Of a stretch of DNA of 64,000 bases, positions 24,251 to 34,989 are shown piece by piece. Source of the DNA: Candidatus Aalborgiella aggregata (lineage in GTDB: Bacteria; Pseudomonadota; Gammaproteobacteria; Burkholderiales; Burkholderiaceae_C); the NCBI GenBank assembly GCA_016705065.1, contig JADIYY010000002.1:149545-213544 (forward strand), written 5' to 3'. The position numbers and the translations under genes are program-made. Within the stretch, counting starts at the first letter, position 1. Each line of letters starts with the position of its first letter. The notes beneath the pieces are model-generated. The model was not told the origin of the DNA. It did not search any database and worked only from the letters and a program-made list of their open reading frames with translations.

Positions 24251-25480
24251 ATGAACCCCTTGCTAGCCAAATTACAGCCCTACCCTTTCGAGCGATTGAA
24301 GCAACTCTTTCAATCTGTCACCCCCAACCCCGCTTTCAATCCCATCAGTTTGGGAATTGGCGAGCCCAAGCACACAACGCCTGAATTCATTAAAACCGCT
24401 TTGACCAATTCCTTGGCAGGTCTGGCCAGCTATCCGGCTACTTTGGGCGAACCCAAACTTCGCGAATCATTCACTACATGGTTGCACAAGCGTTATGGCA
24501 TTGATGTGAATCCAGTCACCCAAGTTCTGCCCATCAATGGCTCACGTGAGGCCTTGTTTGCGTTCACACAGGTAATCGTGAACCCACAACAAACAACTGT
24601 GGAGAATGGTGTATCTCAGCCGCCTATCGTTCTGTGCCCCAACCCTTTTTATCAAATCTATGAAGGCGCAGCCTTGTTAGCTGGTGCTGAGCCTTATTAC
24701 GCCAACAGCGACCCTGCGCGCAATTTTGGTGTGGATTGGCAAAGCGTGCCAACCAGTGTTTGGCAACGAACACAAATGATTTTTGTCTGCTCGCCTGGCA
24801 ATCCTGCAGGAGCAGTTATGCCTTTGTCAGAATGGAAAGTGCTGTTTGAACTGTCTGATCAATATGGGTTTGTGATTGCCAGTGACGAGTGCTACAGCGA
24901 AATTTACTTCCGTGATGATGTGCCCCCGCCCTTGGGTGGCTTGGAAGCAGCGGCCAAATTGGGACGAAAAGATTTTAAAAATATCGTTTCATTCACCAGC
25001 CTTTCCAAACGCAGCAATGTGCCCGGTATGCGCAGTGGATTTGTAGCGGGTGATGCCGACATCATGAAAATGTTTGCTTTATACCGCACTTACCACGGCA
25101 GTGCCATGAGCCCGGTTGTGCAGACTGCCAGCATCGCTGCATGGAACGACGAAAACCACGTGATTGAAAATCGCGCTTTGTACAGAGATAAATTCAAGCA
25201 AGTGACGCCCCTCTTGGCAGAAGTATTGGAGGTATCCTTACCCGATGCTGGGTTTTACTTATGGGCAAAAATCCCCACAAAGTTACGTTTAAGCGACACC
25301 GAATTCGCCGCAGCCTTGTTGGCACAATACAATGTAACTGTATTGCCAGGCAGTTATTTGGCACGTGAGTCGCAAGGCGTCAATCCGGGAGAGCAATTTA
25401 TCCGTATGGCTTTGGTGGCCGGCAACACCGAATGCCTAGAAGCAGCACAACGCATCGTGTCATTTGTGAAATCACTGTGA
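24251..25480 (+). CDS. dapC: succinyldiaminopimelate transaminase
   Basis: Starts MNPLLAKLQPYPFERLKQLF, the typical betaproteobacterial DapC N-terminus. PLP-lysine context is SLSKRSN. dapD follows. The ORF-track start at 23930 is a low-complexity artefact. Confidence 0.9.
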   Translation: MNPLLAKLQPYPFERLKQLFQSVTPNPAFNPISLGIGEPKHTTPEFIKTALTNSLAGLASYPATLGEPKLRESFTTWLHKRYGIDVNPVTQVLPINGSREALFAFTQVIVNPQQTTVENGVSQPPIVLCPNPFYQIYEGAALLAGAEPYYANSDPARNFGVDWQSVPTSVWQRTQMIFVCSPGNPAGAVMPLSEWKVLFELSDQYGFVIASDECYSEIYFRDDVPPPLGGLEAAAKLGRKDFKNIVSFTSLSKRSNVPGMRSGFVAGDADIMKMFALYRTYHGSAMSPVVQTASIAAWNDENHVIENRALYRDKFKQVTPLLAEVLEVSLPDAGFYLWAKIPTKLRLSDTEFAAALLAQYNVTVLPGSYLARESQGVNPGEQFIRMALVAGNTECLEAAQRIVSFVKSL

Positions 25481-25567
25481 TGTGATATGCATAGTTTTGG
25501 TAAAGTTTGCGCGTCTTCTTAGTTTTCTGAAATATATTTTTTTGTTTAATTTTCTTTCTTTTCAAAC

Positions 25568-26392
25568 ATGACACAACAGATCCAATCCATCATCGACACC
25601 GCTTGGGACAATCGCGCCAATATCAACATGGGCAATGCGACACCCGAATTATTTGCCGCCATTGATCAAGTCATTGCACAACTCAACAATGGTCAATTGC
25701 GCGTCGCCACACGTCAGACTGTTGGGCAATGGACCGTTCACCAATGGATCAAGAAAGCGGTGTTATTGAGCTTCAAACTCAAAGACAACTTCGTCATGCA
25801 GTCGGGCGACTTGAATTATTACGACAAAGTGGCGACCAAATTTGCACATTTAAGCGAAGCCGAACTCAAAGCCACAGGTGTGCGCGTGGTGCCGCCAGCT
25901 GTCGCTCGACGTGGTAGCTTCATTGCAAAAGGCGCAATTTTGATGCCCAGTTTTGTCAACATTGGCGCTTATGTTGATGAAGGCACTATGGTTGACACGT
26001 GGGCGGCTGTGGGTTCATGCGCACAAATTGGTAAAAACGTTCACTTGTCGGGTGGCGTGGGCATTGGTGGTGTTTTAGAACCCATGCAAGCCAACCCAAC
26101 CATCATTGAAGACAATTGCTTCATTGGTGCACGCTCAGAAGTGGTTGAAGGCGTGATTGTGGAAGAAAATTCTGTATTGGGTATGGGCGTTTACATCGGA
26201 CAAAGCACGCCAATTTATGACCGTGAACTTGATACGGTCAGCTACGGACGTGTGCCTAGTGGCTCGGTGGTTGTCAGCGGCAATCTGCCCAAAGCCGGTG
26301 GCAAATACAGTTTGTACTGCGCAGTGATTGTTAAAAAAGTGGATGCACAAACCCGCTCAAAAACCAGCATCAATGACTTGTTGCGCGATTAA
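25568..26392 (+). CDS. dapD: 2,3,4,5-tetrahydropyridine-2,6-dicarboxylate N-succinyltransferase
   Basis: 274 aa with hexapeptide repeats and a typical DapD N-terminus ([12 protein letters not shown]). Confidence 0.95.
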   Translation: MTQQIQSIIDTAWDNRANINMGNATPELFAAIDQVIAQLNNGQLRVATRQTVGQWTVHQWIKKAVLLSFKLKDNFVMQSGDLNYYDKVATKFAHLSEAELKATGVRVVPPAVARRGSFIAKGAILMPSFVNIGAYVDEGTMVDTWAAVGSCAQIGKNVHLSGGVGIGGVLEPMQANPTIIEDNCFIGARSEVVEGVIVEENSVLGMGVYIGQSTPIYDRELDTVSYGRVPSGSVVVSGNLPKAGGKYSLYCAVIVKKVDAQTRSKTSINDLLRD

Positions 26393-26469
26393 AAATTACA
26401 AAGCCAGAAAACTTTACTTGCTTACCATCGATACCCCCACATTGTCATCCAAACCAAGTTAGGTAAACC

Positions 26470-27612
26470 ATGAGCGCAATGATCAGCATCCTTCAATTGA
26501 TGGTTCAAAAAAAAGCATCCGATGTTTTTTTGTCACCTCATGCTACAGCGCTGATCAAAATCAATGGTTTGAGTGTGCCATTGAATAACCAAGTCTTGGC
26601 GGCCAACACGCCCATCAATTTATTGGGCGAAATCATCAGCAGTGCGCAGATGGAAGAGCTCAAGGAAACAGGAGAGCTCAATACGGCTTTAACGATTGAT
26701 GATTTGGGTATCTTTCGCATCAGTGCCATGCGTCAGCGCGATACCTATGCTGTGGTCATACGTTACATTGCACTGAAAATACCTGCCATTGACAGTTTGA
26801 ATTTGCCTCCAATATTGTCAAGCTTGATTCTGGAAAAATTGGGGTTGATTCTGATGGTGGGACCAACAGGATCAGGAAAAAGTACCACACTGGCTGCCAT
26901 GTTGGATCATCGTAACGAGCTCATGGCTGGTCATATTTTGACAGTGGAAGACCCTATTGAGTATTACTTCACCTCTAAAAAATCGGTCGTTAACCAACGC
27001 GAAGTAGGAATCGACACTGTATCTTTGCAAACAGCATTGCGTAACGGCCTACGCCAAGCACCCGATGTGTTTTTTATTGGCGAGATTCGCGACAGAGAAA
27101 CCATGTCGGCCGCTTTGGGTTATGCGCAAACTGGCCACTTGTGTGTCGCCACTTTGCACGCCAACAACAGCCACCACGCACTAAATCGCATTTTAAGTTT
27201 CTTCCCAATCGAAGTTAGAACCAGCATGATGGGCGACTTGGCCACCACACTCAAAGCCATTATTTCGCAACGTTTGTTGCGAACCAAAGATGGTGTTCGC
27301 GTACCGGCAACCGAGATTTTGTTGAATACCAAATTGGTTGCCGACATGATAGCTAAAGCAGATTTTGCAGGCGTGAAAGAGGCTGTTGAAAAGTCAATGA
27401 CAGAAGGATCACAGACTTTTGAAGAAGACATTGCACGCTTAATTCACGCCGGCATCATCACACGTGAAGAGGGCCTGGCCCATGCCGACTCTCCAACCAA
27501 TTTGATTTGGCGTTTGGACAATACAGGCACGGGCGGCAGCAAGCCACCAGTCTTGCATGAACCCAAGGACGAATACGAAGCACCATCATTCACTGACATC
27601 AAATTCAGTTAA
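26470..27612 (+). CDS. pilU: PilT/PilU family type IVa pilus retraction ATPase (PilU-like)
   Basis: Walker A GPTGSGKST, Walker B and Asp box FFIGEIRDRET, His box ATLHANNSHHALNRI. Length is 380 aa. Confidence 0.85.
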   Translation: MSAMISILQLMVQKKASDVFLSPHATALIKINGLSVPLNNQVLAANTPINLLGEIISSAQMEELKETGELNTALTIDDLGIFRISAMRQRDTYAVVIRYIALKIPAIDSLNLPPILSSLILEKLGLILMVGPTGSGKSTTLAAMLDHRNELMAGHILTVEDPIEYYFTSKKSVVNQREVGIDTVSLQTALRNGLRQAPDVFFIGEIRDRETMSAALGYAQTGHLCVATLHANNSHHALNRILSFFPIEVRTSMMGDLATTLKAIISQRLLRTKDGVRVPATEILLNTKLVADMIAKADFAGVKEAVEKSMTEGSQTFEEDIARLIHAGIITREEGLAHADSPTNLIWRLDNTGTGGSKPPVLHEPKDEYEAPSFTDIKFS

Positions 27613-27645
27613 ATTATTTCGCCGCATCAAAGGACCCATCGTCAC

Positions 27646-28830
27646 ATGCCAAGCGCACTGCACCTTGCTGAACAACTCATTTCACGACCTTCTGTGACGC
27701 CCTTGGACGCAGATTGTCAAAGACTCATTTCTGAACGCCTCATCCCGATTGGCTTTGTGTGCGAAACCATCGAAGGTGGCCCAGCTGATTTTCGTGTCAT
27801 CAATCTTTGGGCAAAACGCATTGGCAGTGCGTCTGTGCAAGCCACAAAAATGCTGACATTTGCAGGACACACCGATGTGGTTCCGACGGGGCCCCTGGAA
27901 AAATGGACCAGCAACCCATTTGTACCGACGCATCGAGATGGCAAGCTGTTTGGGCGCGGTACCAGCGACATGAAAACATCCATCGCCGCATTTGTTGTGG
28001 CTGTAGAAGAGTTCTTGAAATCGAAGCCAAACCCCGCCTTGTCTTTGTCTTTTTTAATCACCAGCGATGAAGAAGGCCCATCTGTAGATGGCACTGTAGT
28101 GGTTTGCGAAATACTCAAACAACGTGGCGAAAAATTGGACTACTGCATTGTGGGTGAGCCCACATCCGTTGAGCGCACGGGTGACATGGTGAAAAATGGC
28201 CGACGTGGAACCATGAGCGGCAAGCTCACCGTGCACGGGGTTCAAGGCCACATTGCCTATCCGCATCTGGCCGATAACCCTATACACAAATTAGCGCCTG
28301 CTCTGGCGCAATTGGTTGCGATTGAATGGGATAAAGGCAATGCTTACTTTCCACCGACAACATGGCAGATCAGTAATTTGCACAGTGGCACGGGTGCGAG
28401 CAATGTGATACCAGGCCAAGCAGTGATTGATTTTAATTTTCGCTTTTCAACCGAATCGACACCCGAATCATTACAAACACGTTTATTGAATGTGCTGCAA
28501 TCATGCGGACTGGTTTCAGGGAAAGACTTTGACATAGCTTGGACAGTGGGCGGCTTGCCCTTCTTGACGCAGCCAGGTGATTTGATGACAGCTGTGCAAA
28601 CAGCCATTCGTACCGAAACCGGATTAGAGACCCAACTATCGACCACTGGCGGCACATCTGATGGAAGATTCATCGCCAAAATTTGTCCTGAAGTGATTGA
28701 ATGCGGTCCACCCAATGCCAGTATTCACAAAATTGATGAGTACATTGTGGTGGCCGATATTGAGCCATTGAAAAACATCTACCGCCGCATTCTTGAAAAC
28801 CTAGAAGCCAATTTGCATACCGGTGCATGA
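27646..28830 (+). CDS. dapE: succinyl-diaminopimelate desuccinylase
   Basis: M20 peptidase motifs [15 protein letters not shown] and SDEEG. Sits in a dap gene cluster. Confidence 0.93.
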   Translation: MPSALHLAEQLISRPSVTPLDADCQRLISERLIPIGFVCETIEGGPADFRVINLWAKRIGSASVQATKMLTFAGHTDVVPTGPLEKWTSNPFVPTHRDGKLFGRGTSDMKTSIAAFVVAVEEFLKSKPNPALSLSFLITSDEEGPSVDGTVVVCEILKQRGEKLDYCIVGEPTSVERTGDMVKNGRRGTMSGKLTVHGVQGHIAYPHLADNPIHKLAPALAQLVAIEWDKGNAYFPPTTWQISNLHSGTGASNVIPGQAVIDFNFRFSTESTPESLQTRLLNVLQSCGLVSGKDFDIAWTVGGLPFLTQPGDLMTAVQTAIRTETGLETQLSTTGGTSDGRFIAKICPEVIECGPPNASIHKIDEYIVVADIEPLKNIYRRILENLEANLHTGA

Positions 28831-29801
28831 ACACGACGATGCAAGAAAGCTGGGCTCAACCTTTAACGGTGACAGAAGCCATAGAAAAAGGCGCTCAGTT
28901 ACTGACCAAAGCCGGCGTATCTTTCGGACATGGCACATTGAACGCTTGGGATGAAGCTGCTTGGTTGGTGCTGTGGCAATTGGGTTTACCTCTAGATACG
29001 CCTCTAGATACGCCTTCTGACACGCCTTTAAATGCCAATACTGAAAGCGCTGATTCAAACAATATTTATATACAAAATCAGCCTGTATCCGGCCTAGATA
29101 TTGCCAAGATTGCTATACTTTTTGAAGCACGTATCACAACACGCAAACCCGCTGCGTATTTGACGCAAGAAGCTTGGTTGCAAGGCGTTCCTTTTTATAT
29201 CGACGAACGCGCCATCGTACCGCGCAGCCACATTGCACAACTGTTAGCGGACGGCAGTTTTGATGATTGGCTGGGGCCGCACACGCAACAGGTTTTGGAC
29301 ATGTGCACTGGCAATGGCAGTTTGGCTGTATTGGCAGCGATGACCTACCCAGAAACCCATGTGACAGGCGCAGATATCTCCTTCGATGCATTGGCGGTGG
29401 CACACATCAACGTTGCCAAACACCACATGCAAAATCGCATCAACTTGATTGAGTCCAACGGCTGGAACGCATTGCAAGGGCAAGTGTTCGATTTGATTTT
29501 GTGCAACCCTCCCTACGTCAACAGCCAAAGCATGAAAGTCCTGCCCTCTGAATATTTGGCAGAGCCCGATTTGGCTTTGGCCGGTGGCTATGACGGCATG
29601 GACTTTATTCGCACCTTCTTTGCGAGTGCCAGTAAACACATGAGTGAGCATGCTGTCATCGTTTTAGAAATAGGCAATGAACGCGACTATTTCGAAAAAG
29701 CCTTTCCCGATTTGGCAGTTGATTGGCTAGAGACAGCAGCGGGATGGGACCAAGTGTTGTTGGTGACAAAAAATGCTTTGCAAAATCACTTGAATCAGTG
29801 A
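28827..29801 (+). CDS. prmB: 50S ribosomal protein L3 N5-glutamine methyltransferase, with repeat-derived insertions
   Basis: NPPY motif (LILCNPPYV), SAM-binding DMCTGNG and IVPRS. 4-bp overlap with dapE. Confidence 0.9.
   Translation: MNTTMQESWAQPLTVTEAIEKGAQLLTKAGVSFGHGTLNAWDEAAWLVLWQLGLPLDTPLDTPSDTPLNANTESADSNNIYIQNQPVSGLDIAKIAILFEARITTRKPAAYLTQEAWLQGVPFYIDERAIVPRSHIAQLLADGSFDDWLGPHTQQVLDMCTGNGSLAVLAAMTYPETHVTGADISFDALAVAHINVAKHHMQNRINLIESNGWNALQGQVFDLILCNPPYVNSQSMKVLPSEYLAEPDLALAGGYDGMDFIRTFFASASKHMSEHAVIVLEIGNERDYFEKAFPDLAVDWLETAAGWDQVLLVTKNALQNHLNQ
28989..29024 (+). repeat. 12-bp tandem repeat x3 inside prmB (encodes [12 protein letters not shown])
   Basis: cctctagatacg / cctctagatacg / ccttctgacacg. 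Confidence 0.9.
29065..29129 (-). repeat. Dispersed hairpin repeat, copy K (reverse orientation, in frame inside prmB)
   Basis: tttatatacaaaatcagcctgtatccggcctagatattgccaagattgctatactttttgaagca matches the reverse complement of the consensus. It encodes [22 protein letters not shown]. Confidence 0.8.
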
Positions 29802-31656
29802 TTTGGCTCAAGTTCTGGCAATTGATGGTGCCAGTAGCGTTGGTTTTCTGCGCGGTGACAGCGCATCTCTTTGGGTTTTGATGACGACCACATGACCGCA
29901 CCACAATGTGGCGAATCTATCACTCGAATTTGTCGGTCTTGGTAGCGCGTCATCACCTCAGGAACTGGGTGTTTGAACCGATTGCGGTAACCCGCTTGCA
30001 CAATGCCAAAGTCTGGTTTCACGGCATCCAAAAAAGGTGTGCTGGATGACGTTTTGCTGCCATGGTGTGGCACCAAGAGCACTGTGCTTTGCAAAGACTC
30101 AGGCAAATCAAGCGCATCCGCCAGCAATCGAAGTTCCTGAGATTGTTCAATGTCAGCAGTCAGCAAAACGCTGCTGCCTTTTCCATTTTTGTCCGTGGTC
30201 GCACTCACACCCTTGTTGCTGATACGAAGTACACAGCTCAAGGCATTGGGCTTTTGCGGGGTGTTGTAGTCCTTTGCCAGTGGGATGCAACACTGCAAAG
30301 TCAACACCATCCCATTGCCACTTTTGTCCTGCTTCGCAGCGTGTGGCCGGTTTGATGTTTTGCAGTTCATTACTGGATTCAACCGAACTCACAAACTGTG
30401 CAGCTGGGTGACTGGCCAATACCGATTTGATGCCACCTGCATGATCGCTGTCGCGGTGGCTCAACATCACCATGTCAAGCCGTTCGCCCATGGCACGCAA
30501 TAGCGGCACCAACACACGATGCCCTGCATCACTTTCTACCGAATAGCGTGGCCCTGCATCGTAAAGCAGTGAGTGATTTTGGGTGCGTATGACGACCGCA
30601 TTGCCTTGTCCGATATCAGCCGCCAGCAGTTCAAACTGTCCTGACTCGGGTCGGGGGGCTTGCCACAGCAACACAGGCAACAGCAACGACAAACCCAATG
30701 CGCCCAATTTCCACTGCCATTTTCGATTTTGCGCCATGGGCAAAACCAAAAGCAAACCACCCAAAATACCCAACACCGATAGATAAAAAGGCGCAGCAGC
30801 GACTGAAAATGTCGCAAACGGCAGCTTAGACAAAGACGTCAACACCACAGACAAAACCTGCATAGACCACGCAGCGACATCCCAAACCGGTGCAAAGAAT
30901 GCGCCCAATAATGACAAAGGTGTCACCACCAAAGTCACCCAAGGAATGGCCAGCAAATTCGCCAGCAAGCCCACTACTGATACTTGACCAAACAACATCA
31001 TGGTCAATGGTGTTAATGCCAATGTGATCACCCACTGCTCGCGCAACAATGCACCTGATTTTTCAGCAAGCGTCTGAAGTTTCTTAAATACCCAATGCCG
31101 TTCGCCCTGTGCTCGTTGTAGGGAGTGCTGAATGGCTTGATGAAAGGTTTCGACAGACTCAACCTGAACGGCTTTTTGCGAATCCGTTGCTAACTTTTGT
31201 TTATCTGTAGCAAACAACACCGCCACCGCCACAAAGCTCAACCAAAAACCCGCTTGCAGCAAAGCCCACGGGTCAACCACCACCACAATCGCACAGGCCA
31301 TTGTCCAAACCACGTACCACGGCCAGCGATGGCCCGATAGTTTGAGCAAACTCACCGTGGCCAACATCAAAATTGTGCGTTGGGCGGGCACCCCCCAGCC
31401 ACTGAATGCTGCATAGGCTGTCGCCAACAACACACCCCCTACCAAACCAGCAGAGGGTGCAGGAAAATACAAACACAATGTGCTTGACCAGGATTTTCGC
31501 CGCCACAACCAAGCCACCACGCCAGCCGCCACCCAAGCGAACAAGGTGATGTGCAAGCCAGAAATGCTCATCAAATGCGCCACACCGGTTGCGCGAAAAA
31601 TATCCCAATCGGCGCGGTCAATCGCCCGTTGGTCACCCGTCACCAAAGCGGCCACA

Positions 31657-31719
31657 ACGCCCGCGTTGTTAGATGTTACGCCAGCGTTGTTTGATGTTGC
31701 GCCAGCAGAGTTGGAAAAA
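31657..31719. repeat. 21-bp tandem repeat (about 3 units) inside comEC, encoding (A/S)G(A/V)TSNN units
   Basis: acgcccgcgttgttagatgtt / acgccagcgttgtttgatgtt / gcgccagcagagttggaaaaa. The protein reads NSAGATSNNAGVTSNNAGV. Confidence 0.85.
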
Positions 31720-32330
31720 GACAGACGTTCAAAAACCGCATCACGCACTTTGGCTCTCAATCTTTCTATGCTGTACTTCCATGTGTCACCGATCTTTTTG
31801 GGCGGCACATCATTCGCAGTCGCTCGCACATAGCCGGTGGCTTGCACACCTTGTTCCCATTGGTAAAGTTCGTAGTCAAAACCGTGCGGATTGCTGTTGC
31901 CATGAATGGCTTTGAGCCGCACCGTCATTTGCCAGCGTTCGCCTGGCTTGATGGTTTGCGGTTTGCCTTGCAGCTCAAATTGAGGTACAGGCATGGTTGT
32001 TGCGGCTGAAGTGGCTACAGACGTGTTGGCTTCGGTTCGGTATGCGCCGCTGTACCAACTCAGTTCAATCAGCTTTGGCAATTTGACTGCAGTTTCAATT
32101 TCTGCTTGCTCGACTGCGAACCGAAACCGCAAACCCACTTCACTTTGTTGCGGCATGGCGGCAACGATGCCTGTCACTTGAATGTCTTTGCCCTCCAGTT
32201 CAGCGGGCAAGGCTTGCGCGCTGTACACACTGGCACGCCAACCAGTGACACCAAACGCCATACCGGCCAAGGCCATGCTAAGTATGCTGACATGCAGTGG
32301 TGGAAAGCGCTTTATCCACGTATTTTTAAT

Positions 32331-32397
32331 TGCTATATATTTAATAGCACTATAGGCAATCAATACGCCTGATACAGCCGAAATAGCCATATATTTA
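32331..32397 (+). repeat. Dispersed hairpin repeat, copy C (in frame in the comEC N-terminal region)
   Basis: tgctatatatttaatagcactataggcaatcaatacgcctgatacagccgaaatagccatatattt. It encodes KYMAISAVSGVLIAYSAIKYIAIKN. Confidence 0.85.
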
Positions 32398-32499
32398 TGG
32401 ATATCAAACAATATCGGCTGCCACAGCTGCCCAGCGCTGCCCAAGACCCATGCCAGCAAACTGGGCATCATGTTTGTCGCCCAATATTTAGCCGACTAT

Positions 32500-33807
32500 T
32501 TAGCCTAATAGCGCGGCTTTTTTCCATGTTTGCGCAGCGATGTCCAACTCGCCACGCTGCTCTGCCAATTCAGCCAATGCGATCCATGCTTGGTGCTGCA
32601 AAGACTGGTTCTCAGAACTTGTTAAGCGCGGCGCAGCCAATTGCAATAGTTGTTGCGCCTTGCCCCATAATTTGCGTGCTTTGCAAGCCATGCCAGCCAA
32701 ATACTGCAAACGCGCATCGCGTGGGTTGTTGATTTGTGCTTGCTCTATTTTGGCAAACCAGTTGTCGTCCATCGCCGTCAAAGTGGCTTGCATGGTTTGC
32801 ACCAAAATCACTTGGCTTGTAGCAGTCAACTCCGGTGCACCAGCCACCATTTTGTCCCAAGCTGGCAGCAACCAGGTGCGGATTTGCTGTGCATCACCAT
32901 CCAATTTGGCCAAGCAACTGGCAGCATGAATGGCGATATCGGCTTGCTTGCGTTCATCCGCATCCAAACCGCGCCAGACGGTTTGCAACTGCGCCACATC
33001 ATGCGCATCGCTTAACATGCGTGTAACCAAACTGCGCAACAGACTTTCCGATGCGGTGTTTGAAAAAGCACGGTGTTTGGCCAGCAAACGCGTGGTCTCT
33101 AAAGCGACACTCAAGGAGTGCGCATTGAAATGATCGAGTTGCGAAGCTTTCAGTTTCAAACGCAAAGCCGCTGTGCGACGTGCAGCACCCTGCGATAAAA
33201 CATTGAGCCAACGCAAAGCGCCTGCCGCATCGCGGTCGTCTAACGCCCATTGAGCTGCCAACATTTGCGTGCCTTCGCGGGTTTCTTGCGAGGCTTTGGG
33301 GTTGTTGTGTTCCAAGGCCAAATTCAAATGCTCATCCCGCACCACTTTGTCTTGCAACGCATGCGCACTCTGTGCCACCATCACATGCGCCAACGCACGC
33401 AACTGGGGCGCATTTTCAAGTCGGCTGTCTGAGTTCTTAGATCCAAGTACATCGCCCATGGCTTTGTCCATGTCCAAAGCTGCCAATGCTGCTTTGCGGG
33501 CACGCAAATAACGACCCGCCATGAAATGCGATTGCGCATTGAACAAATGCGCATTCAAAGCGCGCTCTTTTTGCAAACTGCGCCATTGTTTGGCTTGCTT
33601 GGGTAAAGCAAACAACACCGATAAAGCACGCAGAGCAAAGTACAGCAGCACAAAGCCAGTTACCAATAGGGCAATCGCAAAGTTCAAGGACACATCGACC
33701 CGATGGGGCGGCCAGAAAATCGTCACCGTTGCATCGTTGTTACCTGCAAACAAGGCGCTTAACACGGCAATCGAAAAAATTGCTAAAAACCAAAGTGCGG
33801 TACGCAT
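32500..33807 (-). CDS. hemY: HemY-like protein (heme biosynthesis-associated, TPR-containing membrane protein)
   Basis: N-terminal double TM segment (MRTALWFLAIFSIAVLSALF...). It is the last gene of the hemC-D-X-Y cluster. Length is 435 aa. Confidence 0.8.
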   Translation of the reverse strand: MRTALWFLAIFSIAVLSALFAGNNDATVTIFWPPHRVDVSLNFAIALLVTGFVLLYFALRALSVLFALPKQAKQWRSLQKERALNAHLFNAQSHFMAGRYLRARKAALAALDMDKAMGDVLGSKNSDSRLENAPQLRALAHVMVAQSAHALQDKVVRDEHLNLALEHNNPKASQETREGTQMLAAQWALDDRDAAGALRWLNVLSQGAARRTAALRLKLKASQLDHFNAHSLSVALETTRLLAKHRAFSNTASESLLRSLVTRMLSDAHDVAQLQTVWRGLDADERKQADIAIHAASCLAKLDGDAQQIRTWLLPAWDKMVAGAPELTATSQVILVQTMQATLTAMDDNWFAKIEQAQINNPRDARLQYLAGMACKARKLWGKAQQLLQLAAPRLTSSENQSLQHQAWIALAELAEQRGELDIAAQTWKKAALLG

Positions 33808-34989
33808 TTAACGTCCTGCCGCCGCCACAGTCAATGCGGCCAAAGATTCTTCCAAACCAGGAATCGATAGGTTCGCCAACTGTGCTTGTGATTGCTGCAA
33901 CAAACCCAATGCTTGCTTTGCAGCGGGCGCACTTGCGTCTGTATACTTGCGCAAATCGGCGTTGACCATTGCCAAGTCCGATTTGGCACTGCCGAACTGG
34001 CGGCTCAACACACCCATGCGTGCATTGAGCACCCGCAGCTTCATGTTTTCGCGCAAGAAGAAGGTTTGCTCAGGTGACTGCAATACTGCATCCGGGTGCG
34101 CGATTTGGCTCACACGCACCAGCTTGCCCGATTCTGCACGCACTGCCAACCAAATTTGTTGCAGCCACGCTGAGACTGTGTTTTGCAGGTCATTCGCGAC
34201 ACTGGCCGTCTTGGTTGGCTTGATGTCCTTACCAGCATTGCTGCCAGTTGCTTGACCACTCTCAGACTTTGCAAGTGGTGATGCGGCTGTGTCGGCTTGT
34301 TTGGATCCCACCGCATTGCTGGCTGGTAGCGTATCGATCAATTGCGTTAATTCGTCTAACTTGCCCATCAAATTCGGTACGTCAGTCACTGTGGCGGCTT
34401 TGATGCGCTGTGCATCGTTGCTCAAGGCGCGTTTTACTGTGTTCAGGCGTGGTTGGGCTGATTTGGCTAAACGCACATCGGCCGATTTCAGCGCAGCCAA
34501 AAGCGGCTCCACACTGCCGGTTAACTGAGCTTGCTGTTGTGCCAGTCGCAAGGCCGATTCAATGTCCACCACCAAATTTTCATCACGCGAACGCGACAGG
34601 CTTTGCATCAACTCGTCCAACTGGCTGCGTTGCAAAGCCACTTCACTCAATTTGGTTTCGTTCAATGACGATCTGGCCACTGCTTCACGCGCCAGTTCTT
34701 GCGCGTTTTTGGCCAAGCTGCGCGCTTCGATGCTAATGGTACTGGCATCGGCACTTTGGCGCGCCAAATGTTCTTGAATGCCATTCAATTTACGCCACAA
34801 ATAGGCTGTGGCCAATATGGATATTGCCAATGCCGCTATGGTTGCGATAGCAAGTTTGGGATATTGACTGAATACATTGCGCCCTGCAAACTGATTGGCA
34901 GACCCCATCGTTGCAGCCTTATCGGTGACTGCATCTTGCTCAGGAGATGGATTGTCTGAATGTGCGGGAATTTGGGCGGCTTCGGTCAT
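33808..34989 (-). CDS. hemX: HemX-like protein (annotated uroporphyrinogen-III C-methyltransferase family)
   Basis: The start I chose (MTEAAQ..., 34989) makes an ATGA overlap with the hemD stop. Has a single TM segment followed by a long coiled region. The ORF-track start at 35118 would overlap hemD by 130 nt. Confidence 0.75.
   Translation of the reverse strand: MTEAAQIPAHSDNPSPEQDAVTDKAATMGSANQFAGRNVFSQYPKLAIATIAALAISILATAYLWRKLNGIQEHLARQSADASTISIEARSLAKNAQELAREAVARSSLNETKLSEVALQRSQLDELMQSLSRSRDENLVVDIESALRLAQQQAQLTGSVEPLLAALKSADVRLAKSAQPRLNTVKRALSNDAQRIKAATVTDVPNLMGKLDELTQLIDTLPASNAVGSKQADTAASPLAKSESGQATGSNAGKDIKPTKTASVANDLQNTVSAWLQQIWLAVRAESGKLVRVSQIAHPDAVLQSPEQTFFLRENMKLRVLNARMGVLSRQFGSAKSDLAMVNADLRKYTDASAPAAKQALGLLQQSQAQLANLSIPGLEESLAALTVAAAGR

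Larger units (their letters stand above)
29795..32471 (-). pseudogene. comEC: DNA internalization competence protein ComEC/Rec2, reading frame broken once (two overlapping ORFs 30153-32471 and 29795-30382)
   Basis: The upstream ORF carries the competence membrane domain and the start of the metallo-beta-lactamase domain (HRDSDHAGG). The downstream ORF continues with NALSCVLRI...LLTADIE...VPHHGSKTSS. The frames switch at the ggg run 30282-30284. Confidence 0.85.

Noticed and set aside
28989-31719. Short tandem repeats in prmB (12 bp) and comEC (21 bp), considered as possible CRISPR-like arrays.
   Set aside because: The units are contiguous with no spacers, only three units long, and in frame inside genes. 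No cas genes or leader are present.
34801-34860. The hemX transmembrane segment DNA (ggctgtggccaatatggatattgccaatgccgctatggttgcgatagcaa) resembles the reverse-oriented repeat.
   Set aside because: The similarity is patchy (ggctgtRgcc, attgccWatgccgctat, atagcaa). The region encodes the expected single TM helix of HemX, and Ala/Ile-rich helices can mimic the repeat. It could be an old degenerate copy, but I cannot support that without a statistical alignment.
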